Positions 17,763-26,629 of a stretch of 64,000 nucleotides of DNA are shown piece after piece. The notes below the pieces were generated by a model that was not told where the DNA came from, did no database searches, and saw nothing but the letters and a program-made list of their open reading frames with translations. The position numbers were made by a program, and so were the translations under genes. The stretch lies in the sequence record OP953026.1. One strand, given 5' to 3'. Positions within the stretch are counted from its first letter, which is position 1, and each line of letters starts with the position of its first letter.

Positions 17763-18128
17763 ATGATTATGGATTATAAATGGCATGATAAGTTCATTAT
17801 AGAAATTATTAGTAAAAGTTGTAAAAAAGATGGAATTGGTAAAAGTTACTTAGTGCGTAAAGATTGGAGAGATGTTAATCAGCGTGATTACGCCATTCTA
17901 TCACGTATTGGTTTCCATGATGCTCTTTTGCTTGATGAACATGAAGTCGAATACTATTTGAACAATGTAGCATTTGATATCGCAAAGGCCGTATGGGAGT
18001 CTGAAGGTAAACCAAAAGATACTGATATGCATATTCGGGCATTGCGCGTAGATATGGATAGCCTATCTAATAGATTCAAGATATATACTGATATAAAACT
18101 AGATATGGATAAGCACCGGAAATCGTAA
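17763..18128 (+). CDS. hypothetical protein
   Basis: 121 aa, AAGGAG RBS. Confidence 0.8.
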   Translation: MIMDYKWHDKFIIEIISKSCKKDGIGKSYLVRKDWRDVNQRDYAILSRIGFHDALLLDEHEVEYYLNNVAFDIAKAVWESEGKPKDTDMHIRALRVDMDSLSNRFKIYTDIKLDMDKHRKS

Positions 18129-18168
18129 AAGATATCCATCGTATACATTTATTAATAGGAACCTACAA

Positions 18169-18525
18169 ATGCAACTAGATAAAGACAAATTGAAAGAATT
18201 GGTAAATATCATTGAAGAGAATACACGCCTTAAAGGTAAAGTATTCCACCAGGAAACCTACTCCAGTATTCATGGTGAAATAGAGGTTCGCAGTTACGCT
18301 GGTAATTTCATTTTCTATAAAAATCATACTACTGAACAATATGCAATGTTCAATGTAGAGTTTGACACACATGGTAAGGTAGTTAGATTCATAGCACCTG
18401 CACTATTACGTGCGACTATTATTTGGGAATTGAACGAAGAACCAGAATACTACAAAATCAACATCGAGCAAATGCTGATCGAAGCAGTAACCAATCACTT
18501 CAATACTGCCACACTACTACCTTGA
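18169..18525 (+). CDS. hypothetical protein
   Basis: 118 aa, AGGA RBS. Confidence 0.8.
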   Translation: MQLDKDKLKELVNIIEENTRLKGKVFHQETYSSIHGEIEVRSYAGNFIFYKNHTTEQYAMFNVEFDTHGKVVRFIAPALLRATIIWELNEEPEYYKINIEQMLIEAVTNHFNTATLLP

Positions 18526-18571
18526 AGTTAATTGATAACCATAACTCTTATAAAGCATAGTGGATTTTATT

Positions 18572-19087
18572 ATGAATAAACCAGAATTACTTTACCATGG
18601 TTCTCTTTATAAACAAGATGAATTAATGCCAGGATTTAAAAGATCTGGTGAACTTGTTATGTGGGATGGTATTGAGTCTAACCAATACCTATATGCAACG
18701 TCATCTGAAAAAGATGCATCTTATTTAGGTATTGGTAGCGCTATCGAAAAGTTATTTGATAGTGATAGATATGCTACTGTTGATAGGGATATTACAATCT
18801 ATTGTCAAAATAATATCGATAAAAGTGATATTTTAAAAATGGTTGTGTATGTTTATACCATTCCATTTAGGGACTCTGACAAATGGATTAAGAATAATAA
18901 TCCTCACAATAGCATTGATACTGAGTGGATTACGAAAAACACTATCCATGATGTTACTGTAAGGAAATTAGATATTGGTGAATTTTTAAAAGGTGCTCGC
19001 TTAACTGTCACTAAAGCACCAGTGGATGTTGATCCATTAAACATCATGTCACAATATCGTTCAGTAACAGAGCGTTATCTGTTTTAA
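18572..19087 (+). CDS. putative ADP-ribosyltransferase-fold protein
   Basis: LYHGS...LMPG ... YLYAT ... VYVY ... EW; Arr-like pattern; start moved to ATG 18572. Confidence 0.5.
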   Translation: MNKPELLYHGSLYKQDELMPGFKRSGELVMWDGIESNQYLYATSSEKDASYLGIGSAIEKLFDSDRYATVDRDITIYCQNNIDKSDILKMVVYVYTIPFRDSDKWIKNNNPHNSIDTEWITKNTIHDVTVRKLDIGEFLKGARLTVTKAPVDVDPLNIMSQYRSVTERYLF

Positions 19088-19102
19088 TTAAATAGGTTAA
19101 TT

Positions 19103-19567
19103 ATGTATCACATATCGACAGTATACCTTGGGGATTATGTTTTATTAAGGCCATATATTCCAAGTAATAGAGCTGATGGCGAAGACAGTGTAACCAACCG
19201 TATATGTGTGGCCCCATCAGTTATTGAATGTATTGCAGCTAAAAGCGGGAGTTATGATATCGATCTTAATTTACTTGGTTCTAAATCAACTATTTACGCA
19301 TACCGAAGTAATTCTACTGACTACATTATAGGAAATGTACCTGATCAAAAACAATATAGGGAACACTGGTATTTAAAACCAACTTTATTTGCGTATGTTG
19401 GCTCTCTGCAATTATTAGAGACTGGGGTGATTAAGGTAAGTAGTGAAGTCGATATGTATTCTAAATTAATGGTATCACATCGGTTAAACTACTTCAATAA
19501 TATTATTAGTAAAGAAGAACTAATACACCATTGGCATATAGAGGCTTTATCTATTTTAAATGGTTAG
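19103..19567 (+). CDS. putative ADP-ribosyltransferase-fold protein
   Basis: YHIS...LRPYIP...ED...RICVAPS ... IYAY ... VPD...REHW. Confidence 0.5.
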   Translation: MYHISTVYLGDYVLLRPYIPSNRADGEDSVTNRICVAPSVIECIAAKSGSYDIDLNLLGSKSTIYAYRSNSTDYIIGNVPDQKQYREHWYLKPTLFAYVGSLQLLETGVIKVSSEVDMYSKLMVSHRLNYFNNIISKEELIHHWHIEALSILNG

Positions 19568-19587
19568 ATCATAATTTATTTAAGATC

Positions 19588-19595
19588 TATATTAC
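19588..19595 (+). promoter_or_regulatory. early promoter
   Basis: TATATTAC. Confidence 0.8.
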
Positions 19596-19622
19596 AAGTG
19601 TACTATCAATAAACTAATAGGA

Positions 19623-19985
19623 GTGATACAAGTGGATTTTATAATTGAAATTATCGATAATCCCAATAGTGATACTGCGTTGTATGTTTATGATTATTGG
19701 GGTACCCTAACTACGGTTGTGGGTAATGCAAAAACCCTGGCAGAAGCATATAGTTTTAAATATTCATCCATTGACAGCATTGAAAAATTAAAAGCTGTCA
19801 TTGGTAAAAATATCGAATGCATTTTTAAAGAAATGCATGATCAATCGAATAAGGTAATTCGTGTTAATATCGTAAAAGTAGATCTAGAGAATAAGATTAT
19901 TAGTAAGCGCATCGAAATTGTAAAAAGCTATAGTGTTATCAATAGTGATGGTGAACTTATTCTAATCACAGATGTAGTACGGTAA
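19623..19985 (+). CDS. hypothetical protein
   Basis: 120 aa, AGGAG RBS, GTG start. Confidence 0.75.
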   Translation: MIQVDFIIEIIDNPNSDTALYVYDYWGTLTTVVGNAKTLAEAYSFKYSSIDSIEKLKAVIGKNIECIFKEMHDQSNKVIRVNIVKVDLENKIISKRIEIVKSYSVINSDGELILITDVVR

Positions 19986-20026
19986 TTGAATAAATAATTC
20001 ATTAATTTAACATAGGTGATATAACC

Positions 20027-20875
20027 ATGGCACGTCGTTCTAATAAAATTCGTATTGGTTTTAACGTATCGCTTAAAGCGCTTGAACGAAATGGATCTGA
20101 TGTAATTAAACTACATGATGACATCATATCTTGTTTTAGTGAACTATATCAAAATTACGTAAAAATTGATACAACTACTGACAAAGATGACAAATCACTA
20201 AAACAAGGCATTATTGATGTCGTGGTGTATGTCGATCTAAATACAGCGAACCAAGCCATTCGTTTTAAAGGTATTAGTGATCTGGTAAACCATCTACAGT
20301 TTAATGTAATGGCGAATGATGTTATCGTCGATACAAGTGAATATATTCAGCCTAGCCATATGTCATATATCGAAGATGGTCACCTGAATATGTTAGTGCG
20401 TCGAGAAGGTAAAGAGGTTATCAAAACCATTTTCACTGATGAATATGGTGTTGATCCACTAGTTAATAATGGATCAATAGGAGATGGATGTAGTGTTTCC
20501 GGGATCTATCTAATCGGTGAAGAAAATCGGGTTAATAAACTGGCACGTATTGTTTCTAACAACATTCGCAACGGAGAGTTTAATTTCAAGACCGAAATAG
20601 GTATCCGTAAATTCTATTGGAGTGTACTCGGAAAACCAAGTGCGCAATTTAAGTACATCCACAATGAAATATGGAACCGTAATAGTTTCTATGTGGATAC
20701 ACTGATTAAGCTAACCAATGGCAAAGTTTATAGCTATGCTAAGAATGGTTTTGTTGGTGGACCTACTGAACTAGAATTCCATTATTATGGTGTAACTGAT
20801 CGAGAAAATTGGGATAATGCGTCAGACAATTTCCTATATCAGGAATTCGAGCAAAGTTGGTCTGTAAAAATCTAA
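20027..20875 (+). CDS. hypothetical protein (paralog family B)
   Basis: LIGEENRVNKLARIV similar to VFGERSKVNYVVKQV in next gene. Confidence 0.85.
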   Translation: MARRSNKIRIGFNVSLKALERNGSDVIKLHDDIISCFSELYQNYVKIDTTTDKDDKSLKQGIIDVVVYVDLNTANQAIRFKGISDLVNHLQFNVMANDVIVDTSEYIQPSHMSYIEDGHLNMLVRREGKEVIKTIFTDEYGVDPLVNNGSIGDGCSVSGIYLIGEENRVNKLARIVSNNIRNGEFNFKTEIGIRKFYWSVLGKPSAQFKYIHNEIWNRNSFYVDTLIKLTNGKVYSYAKNGFVGGPTELEFHYYGVTDRENWDNASDNFLYQEFEQSWSVKI

Positions 20876-20882
20876 TACATAA

Positions 20883-20900
20883 AGGGCTCTTCGGAGCCCT
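20883..20900 (+). terminator. intrinsic terminator
   Basis: AGGGCTC-TTCG-GAGCCCT plus T-rich tract. Confidence 0.85.
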
Positions 20901-20931
20901 TTATTTTTTCTTTATTTGGCAGGAATATAAA

Positions 20932-21717
20932 ATGCATCGTCGAACTATGTACAGATTTAGCTTATCATATTCCAATAAACTTATTAATAATAACCCACTT
21001 GGTTTTACAGTCGAGAGTTATCTTGAAAGCTGGTTTGACAAACTCAAGTGTCGATTAACTAAAGGTTATACCAAAAGCCATGCTATTCATTTTCGTGGAA
21101 GTTGGAAATACTTTGAATTAGATCAATATAAGAACAATGCTTTCTTCAATCAATATCACATGGTGATGCAGTCACTAGAAGATCTAGAAAGAAAGATTAG
21201 TGGAGTGATTGGGTTAAGTATCAAAATCACTAAACCAGAACGACATTTATTTCATGTTCTATTTAACCATGAAAAGATTATTCTATCCCCTAATGGCATT
21301 ATCTTTGATGTACGTGTTCCAAAACACACCGTGATAGCTAATCCTGATGTTATGGGATATCGTAATTGCAATGTAGATAAACTGACGGTATTTGGCGAGC
21401 GCTCTAAAGTTAACTATGTGGTTAAACAAGTACGTTATGCCTTAAAGCAGAAAGGGGTGACAACTGTTGCCAATAGTTCAATGACTCGTTTTTTATATGA
21501 CCTATTTCATCCAAAATACAGAGACAATCAAATTTATAACTACGGCATGACTATGTCTGATGTTTATGTAATGGCCGTATTCAAAAATGGGTATACGGAA
21601 ATCTATGGTAAAGATGTAGGTGAAATATTTGAAAGTCATACTCTAGATTTTCTAGAACGTGAATACATGATCTGTGGACAATATTTTCCTAAGCTATCCA
21701 GAGGGATGCTAGTATGA
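20932..21717 (+). CDS. hypothetical protein (paralog family B)
   Basis: start moved to ATG 20932 (AGGA RBS, after terminator). Confidence 0.8.
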   Translation: MHRRTMYRFSLSYSNKLINNNPLGFTVESYLESWFDKLKCRLTKGYTKSHAIHFRGSWKYFELDQYKNNAFFNQYHMVMQSLEDLERKISGVIGLSIKITKPERHLFHVLFNHEKIILSPNGIIFDVRVPKHTVIANPDVMGYRNCNVDKLTVFGERSKVNYVVKQVRYALKQKGVTTVANSSMTRFLYDLFHPKYRDNQIYNYGMTMSDVYVMAVFKNGYTEIYGKDVGEIFESHTLDFLEREYMICGQYFPKLSRGMLV

Positions 21718-23240
21718 TTATAGAAACCTTATTGCAATATTACGCCATGTTCATCGATATCTCTCAGAAGAATATGGTTATGGGTGGAGCTATCGGAATG
21801 GCAATTGGTGGTTTATTCTGGACCACTCTAAGAGGCTTACCAAGTAAACTAGCTAGGTTCGCATTAAATCAGTTTACAGTTAGTCTACATATTACCAACA
21901 TGGGTAATGGGCTGAACGAGAAGAACTTTGATTGTTTCATGGAATGGTATATTAAGCAGCCATTAGCTGGATTTAATCGACGTTTTTCAACTAATGTTGA
22001 TGAGCAAAGTTATAGTGCAACTAAACAGAAAATTGGTGTTGGTTTTGGCTTACATTTCTTTCTGTTTAAAGGTAGGTTATTCTGGTTTGTAAAAGCACGC
22101 CGGGATAGTCAAAATGCCAGTCGAGATCAAATGGATATTACTATCCGTGGATTATCTAGGAGTAGTAAACTAATTATTGATTTAGTAGATGCTTACCATT
22201 GGCGCCCAAATGAAAGGGGTCTGACTATTTCACATTGGGATGGTAACCGTTGGGGCAATGAGATTGAAGTTACTAAACGCGATATCAACACGGTGATTTT
22301 GCGTAAAGAGATCAAAGAAGAATTCCTTAATAAGATTGAAGAATTCTATTCTGATCGGAAATGGTACGATGATCGTGGACTACCCTATAAATTCACTTGT
22401 GTTCTAACAGGTCCTCCTGGTACTGGTAAAACCTCAATCAGTAAAGCGATTGCCTCACATTTTAATAAAAATGTTAGTGCACTGTCATTAGCCTCTATGA
22501 CCAATGATAGTCTTAGGCGGGCATTTACTACACTACCTAAAGGTAATATTCTTCTAATTGAAGATTTCGATGATACCCCGGCAGTTAAAGATCGTGTTTT
22601 AAATGATCCTGTAAAACTAGATAAAGAGATAAAGGAATTAGAGAGGAAATATTCTTTTATTGATTTAATTGAAAAATATCCGTCTGCATGGGTTGATCTT
22701 AAAGATGACTATGAAGGATACTCTGTAGTTGGGTTTAATGACACCATCTATATCTTTGATGAAAATAGCGATGATCAAGGTTTTGGGATAAGTGCTTATG
22801 CTATGGCTGAACTGGGTGTTTCAAAATGGGCCGATGAAAAAGATCCATTATTTACCACAATTCGCCGATGGTGGAAATTAAAGAAGTGCATGAAGAATGG
22901 AATCACGTATGAACAACCAGCTAGCGGATTAACTTTGTCAGCTCTATTAAATGGGCTAGATGGCATTGTTCCACTAGATGAGACTATGACCATTCTAACT
23001 ACAAACCATCCTGAGAATATTGATAAAGCACTTCTAAGGAAAGGTCGCGTTGATTACATGGTGGAGATTCCATATCTACGAGATCAAGAAGTTAGGGAGT
23101 ATATTAAACTAATGTTCCCTGACTTCGATATTCCTGAAGATATCAGATTTAAAGATCAGCCAGGGTGTGATGTAATGGCGGCTTTTTCAAATAACCGTTA
23201 TGACCCTAATGCTTTTATCAATAGTCTATTGAAATATTAA
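21714..23240 (+). CDS. BCS1-like membrane AAA+ ATPase
   Basis: N-terminal TM; GPPGTGKT; LLIEDFD; LTLSALLNGLDG; TTNHPENIDKALLRKGRVD. Confidence 0.9.
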   Translation: MIIETLLQYYAMFIDISQKNMVMGGAIGMAIGGLFWTTLRGLPSKLARFALNQFTVSLHITNMGNGLNEKNFDCFMEWYIKQPLAGFNRRFSTNVDEQSYSATKQKIGVGFGLHFFLFKGRLFWFVKARRDSQNASRDQMDITIRGLSRSSKLIIDLVDAYHWRPNERGLTISHWDGNRWGNEIEVTKRDINTVILRKEIKEEFLNKIEEFYSDRKWYDDRGLPYKFTCVLTGPPGTGKTSISKAIASHFNKNVSALSLASMTNDSLRRAFTTLPKGNILLIEDFDDTPAVKDRVLNDPVKLDKEIKELERKYSFIDLIEKYPSAWVDLKDDYEGYSVVGFNDTIYIFDENSDDQGFGISAYAMAELGVSKWADEKDPLFTTIRRWWKLKKCMKNGITYEQPASGLTLSALLNGLDGIVPLDETMTILTTNHPENIDKALLRKGRVDYMVEIPYLRDQEVREYIKLMFPDFDIPEDIRFKDQPGCDVMAAFSNNRYDPNAFINSLLKY

Positions 23241-23263
23241 TATACTAAAAAGGAATCTGTAAA

Positions 23264-23452
23264 ATGAGTCTACTCAACATTCTAAATACCGTTGCGGCTG
23301 CTAATGGTAGGGAAGTAGATGATTTTAATATCACCTATTTAAACGATACGGATGTGTCATCTAGTTATACCTCATTTCGATATCGGTATGTTGATGAGGA
23401 TCGTATTGCACATATTTTCATTGTTTCTGAAAAAATCGAACAGGTTCGCTAA
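23264..23452 (+). CDS. hypothetical protein
   Basis: 62 aa, AAAGGAA RBS. Confidence 0.7.
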   Translation: MSLLNILNTVAAANGREVDDFNITYLNDTDVSSSYTSFRYRYVDEDRIAHIFIVSEKIEQVR

Positions 23453-23600
23453 TTTGTATTGTTGGCAAAACTAACTGGTTACAATGTAACTGTAAATACA
23501 TGTATTTAATTTTGAAAACATACTGGAGTTATTGATGTATTGAGTTGAAACTCAATAATAACTCCTACTTTAATTTAAAAAATACAAAAGGAATATTTCC

Positions 23601-24254
23601 ATGGCGTCAATCATTAGTCTACCTTTTATCAAACTAGTAATCAGCCGTAATAATAATTACACTGTTAACCATCAGTCAGGTGCTGATAATGTACCTCATC
23701 TATGTGTTAAAGTAAAACATTCTAACGGTTATGCCTGGTTCGGTATTATCATTGTTGATTATGAAAAACGTACCAGTGGTTGGACTGAAGAAGAATTCAA
23801 TGCAGTTGTAACTCGTTTCCATGAAGCAATGAATTCTCAATGTGATATCCAACGATTAGAAACAGACATTAACCGACTAATGGATTCCATCCAAGATGTT
23901 GTTACTGGTCGGAAACGACCAACCCTATTCGGCGGTGATAGTAATGACTTCATTCAAATGCATCTTCAAAATAATATCCAACTTGATATTTATCGGAATG
24001 AAATTAACGAAGATACTCTAACCTATGGTGGGTATCGTGGTAAAGTAAGTCTTCGCCATGGTTATGATGAATACAGCTTCTTCCTGTATCATCGTGGTAT
24101 TATTCTAAACCATTACATCGATGCAGAGATTGCTAAAGAGCTAATTGAAGATGCTCTTAATAAGACTTTCCCGGAGATTACTTATCTACCGCGAGCCACT
24201 GTCGAACCTACAGCAGTGGAACGCACTCGTAATAGACATCTGGATAAAAGTTAA
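23601..24254 (+). CDS. hypothetical protein
   Basis: 217 aa, AAAGGAA RBS. Confidence 0.85.
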   Translation: MASIISLPFIKLVISRNNNYTVNHQSGADNVPHLCVKVKHSNGYAWFGIIIVDYEKRTSGWTEEEFNAVVTRFHEAMNSQCDIQRLETDINRLMDSIQDVVTGRKRPTLFGGDSNDFIQMHLQNNIQLDIYRNEINEDTLTYGGYRGKVSLRHGYDEYSFFLYHRGIILNHYIDAEIAKELIEDALNKTFPEITYLPRATVEPTAVERTRNRHLDKS

Positions 24255-24255
24255 A

Positions 24256-24669
24256 ATGACTAGTCAACTTATCGTAGTTGATTTACAAAACCCTAGAAAT
24301 AAACATATATACAGTGAATTAACTCATGAACACCCTAGAACAATAACATCACATCTAGTTGAAGAATTAGATGATTTTGATGTTCATCAATATTCATACC
24401 AAGCGGAGTATAAATCTGGGATTGATCTTAGATTAATATTCTTTTGGGATGGACCATACACTGAACCAAGAGAAGAAGGTTACGAACCAACTGATCTAGA
24501 GAAAAGGTGTGTGAAGTTGTGTAGGCAATATGAGGCTGCGATTAACGGGCAATTATCTGTAGTTGATCACTCTCGGTTCCGGACGGTGTGTACCTTCAGA
24601 TCAGATAATAGTTTACCAACAACTTTAGACTGGATTCATAAAGAACCCCCATCTAAAGAGGTTGTGTAA
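24256..24669 (+). CDS. hypothetical protein
   Basis: start moved to ATG 24256, immediately after the previous stop. Confidence 0.7.
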   Translation: MTSQLIVVDLQNPRNKHIYSELTHEHPRTITSHLVEELDDFDVHQYSYQAEYKSGIDLRLIFFWDGPYTEPREEGYEPTDLEKRCVKLCRQYEAAINGQLSVVDHSRFRTVCTFRSDNSLPTTLDWIHKEPPSKEVV

Positions 24670-24695
24670 AAAATAGTAAAAGAAATACACTATTC

Positions 24696-24790
24696 TATGT
24701 AGTTCCTTTACGATTGCTCTTTTATCTTAGTTTCAGTTTTGCTGAAGAAGTACCAATGAGATACCCTCCCCTGATCGGGGAGGGTTTTTG
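24696..24790 (+). ncRNA. candidate sRNA C (late promoter to terminator)
   Basis: TATGTAG start motif, no ORF, TTCAG/CTGAA hairpin, terminator 24763-24785. Confidence 0.45.
24763..24785 (+). terminator. intrinsic terminator
   Basis: ACCCTCCCC-TGATC-GGGGAGGGT plus TTTT. Confidence 0.85.
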
Positions 24791-24810
24791 ACATCTAAGA
24801 GGAAAATATA

Positions 24811-25191
24811 ATGTGCAAACAACATCGTGTAGTATCTATGAAAGTTACATGCACGCAAGCTCGCTATCCGATCGGTCTGTGCGATCTCGGATTTGATAAT
24901 GCTGCTGATGCTCGGCAATATCTACTAGATGTCGTCGAGTACAATATGGATCGTCTCCACCCACAACATGCTAATACATTCCAGCTACAAAATCTACAAG
25001 ACGGGTTCGTAGTATCCTACGATATCGAAAAAGATGGATCCGTTTATCTTCGGTTAACACTGGCGGCTGTAGCTTATCAATCAATCGATCTTGAGTTGGG
25101 GGTTACCGTTAAAGAAAATGAAGGGATCAGTGTTGTAATCAAAAATTGGATCAATGGTGATTATACTGCGGGGAACAAATACTTGCAGTAA
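24811..25191 (+). CDS. hypothetical protein
   Basis: 126 aa, GAGGA RBS. Confidence 0.8.
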   Translation: MCKQHRVVSMKVTCTQARYPIGLCDLGFDNAADARQYLLDVVEYNMDRLHPQHANTFQLQNLQDGFVVSYDIEKDGSVYLRLTLAAVAYQSIDLELGVTVKENEGISVVIKNWINGDYTAGNKYLQ

Positions 25192-25196
25192 TACCA

Positions 25197-25320
25197 TATG
25201 TAAAGAATACCCAAATCGGGATCTCCCGGACTATCTCCCTTCAGCGTTCCCGTCCGCAAATGAAGGTGCCGCCGAGATCCCACCTATTGATAATGCCCTC
25301 CCTTCGGGGAGGGCTTTATT
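25197..25320 (+). ncRNA. candidate structured sRNA B
   Basis: TATGTA start motif; GGGATCTC/GAGATCCC, CCTTCA/TGAAGG and GCG/CGC nested stems; terminator 25295-25313. Confidence 0.6.
25295..25313 (+). terminator. intrinsic terminator
   Basis: GCCCTCCC-TTC-GGGAGGGC plus TTTATTT. Confidence 0.85.
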
Positions 25321-25357
25321 TCGCTTAAGCCTATTTATTTTATTATAAGGGGTGAAA

Positions 25358-26089
25358 ATGACATATATCGTAAATGATGGTAAAGTCATGATTGCAGACT
25401 GCCTATTAATTGAGCGGAATAATGCAACTGATAGCATTGGGCGACTTCCAGTATTAGATAACGGTTATATTGATCTAACTGCTAAAGCTGAAGGTGTAGA
25501 TGTATATTACAATGATTGCCACAAGATAATTTTTCATCCGACTGTTACTTGGCAAGGCAAACGTGTTAAAACTATGGCTTTTGCTGGAACTATAGATAAT
25601 GTTTATGATCTATTGAATGCCCTTACCGCAGGTGTTGATTTAGCTGATTGGTTTAAAGTTGAAGTAAATATCTTGCCAGTCATAGAACGCAGGTTGTTTA
25701 ATGGTAATACTTCTATGATGTTCACTATGGAGAATGGTGACATATATACAGTTATTCTTAAAGACATGGGTATCAACATCACCAAGAAAGATTGGGCTCA
25801 TTTGGGTAGTGGTGTAGATGCAGTTAATAGTGTACTTGAGTTTATCCCTAATTGTAATGATAATGGATCAACCAAACTAACTGCACTTGAAGCATTTGCT
25901 ATTGCATGTGCACATACTACTACTGTAAGTCGTAAATTTGATTATTACATCCATGCTACAGGTGAGTACAAGCAAAATCAAGAACTATCAACTAAACAAC
26001 TAAAATGGATACTAGCGCGCATTCAAAAGCGGATGGATCTTACCCGCATTTTCAATGACCGCGAATATGCCAATAACATATGGGGTTGA
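25358..26089 (+). CDS. Ntn-hydrolase (HslV/proteasome beta-like) peptidase
   Basis: M-T-YIV..G..MIAD, K, MAFAG, LGSG, ALEAFAIA; ATG 25358 leaves Thr as the N-terminal nucleophile. Confidence 0.7.
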   Translation: MTYIVNDGKVMIADCLLIERNNATDSIGRLPVLDNGYIDLTAKAEGVDVYYNDCHKIIFHPTVTWQGKRVKTMAFAGTIDNVYDLLNALTAGVDLADWFKVEVNILPVIERRLFNGNTSMMFTMENGDIYTVILKDMGINITKKDWAHLGSGVDAVNSVLEFIPNCNDNGSTKLTALEAFAIACAHTTTVSRKFDYYIHATGEYKQNQELSTKQLKWILARIQKRMDLTRIFNDREYANNIWG

Positions 26090-26094
26090 TTTGT

Positions 26095-26610
26095 ATGAGT
26101 AATTCTAATATGGATATGCTATATTACACTAATGTAAATTGGGAGCAATATTTTCATCATGTGAAACAACGTGCAGATGATACTGTTAAAGTAATGTATA
26201 AACCTGAATATGAAGATCTTATTGATGAAGCATGTAGACCATTGATTAAATGGTTTAACCAATTCACCAATATTGCAACTATTTATTGTTGTTCAGGCCA
26301 TGTTGATGAAGAAACTGGTGGTAGCCCTGGATACATTAGTCTTTTATTTAAAGACACTAATGCAGAGAATTCTGCAATGCGTTTATTACGTGAAGCAATG
26401 TGTAAGGGGCGTGAGTGTAAGATCCCATTCGAAATTGAACTGGGGGCTTATTTCGGGCATCTACATGAGACCATTGATCAGAATCACTGGGTCGCCAATC
26501 TAGTCATCCGCACCAATAGCTACAAACGTAAAAATACGTATGATCGCTATTGGCATCGTCTTTACAACATCATAACAACATGTAATACTGAAGGTTTATA
26601 CACCGTCTAA
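26095..26610 (+). CDS. hypothetical protein with TIYCCSGH motif
   Basis: LIKWFN...IATIYCCSGH...GYI; TYW3 N-terminal-like pattern; start at ATG 26095. Confidence 0.7.
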   Translation: MSNSNMDMLYYTNVNWEQYFHHVKQRADDTVKVMYKPEYEDLIDEACRPLIKWFNQFTNIATIYCCSGHVDEETGGSPGYISLLFKDTNAENSAMRLLREAMCKGRECKIPFEIELGAYFGHLHETIDQNHWVANLVIRTNSYKRKNTYDRYWHRLYNIITTCNTEGLYTV

Positions 26611-26629
26611 AAAAATCTGAGATAATTTA

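Noticed and set aside
23450-23508. Stop-codon readthrough or genetic-code reassignment (frame stays open after TAA)
   Set aside because: There is no suppressor anticodon among the tRNAs and all long genes read cleanly in code 11; at most a premature stop.
25197-25290. SAM-I riboswitch resemblance (AUC...GGUGCC...GAU)
   Set aside because: It lacks the GCAAC and kink-turn/pseudoknot elements, and no SAM-related gene lies downstream.
25154-25437. ORFs 25154-25348 (+) and 25231-25437 (-)
   Set aside because: They overlap a terminator, neighbouring genes and a structured RNA candidate, and have no SD.
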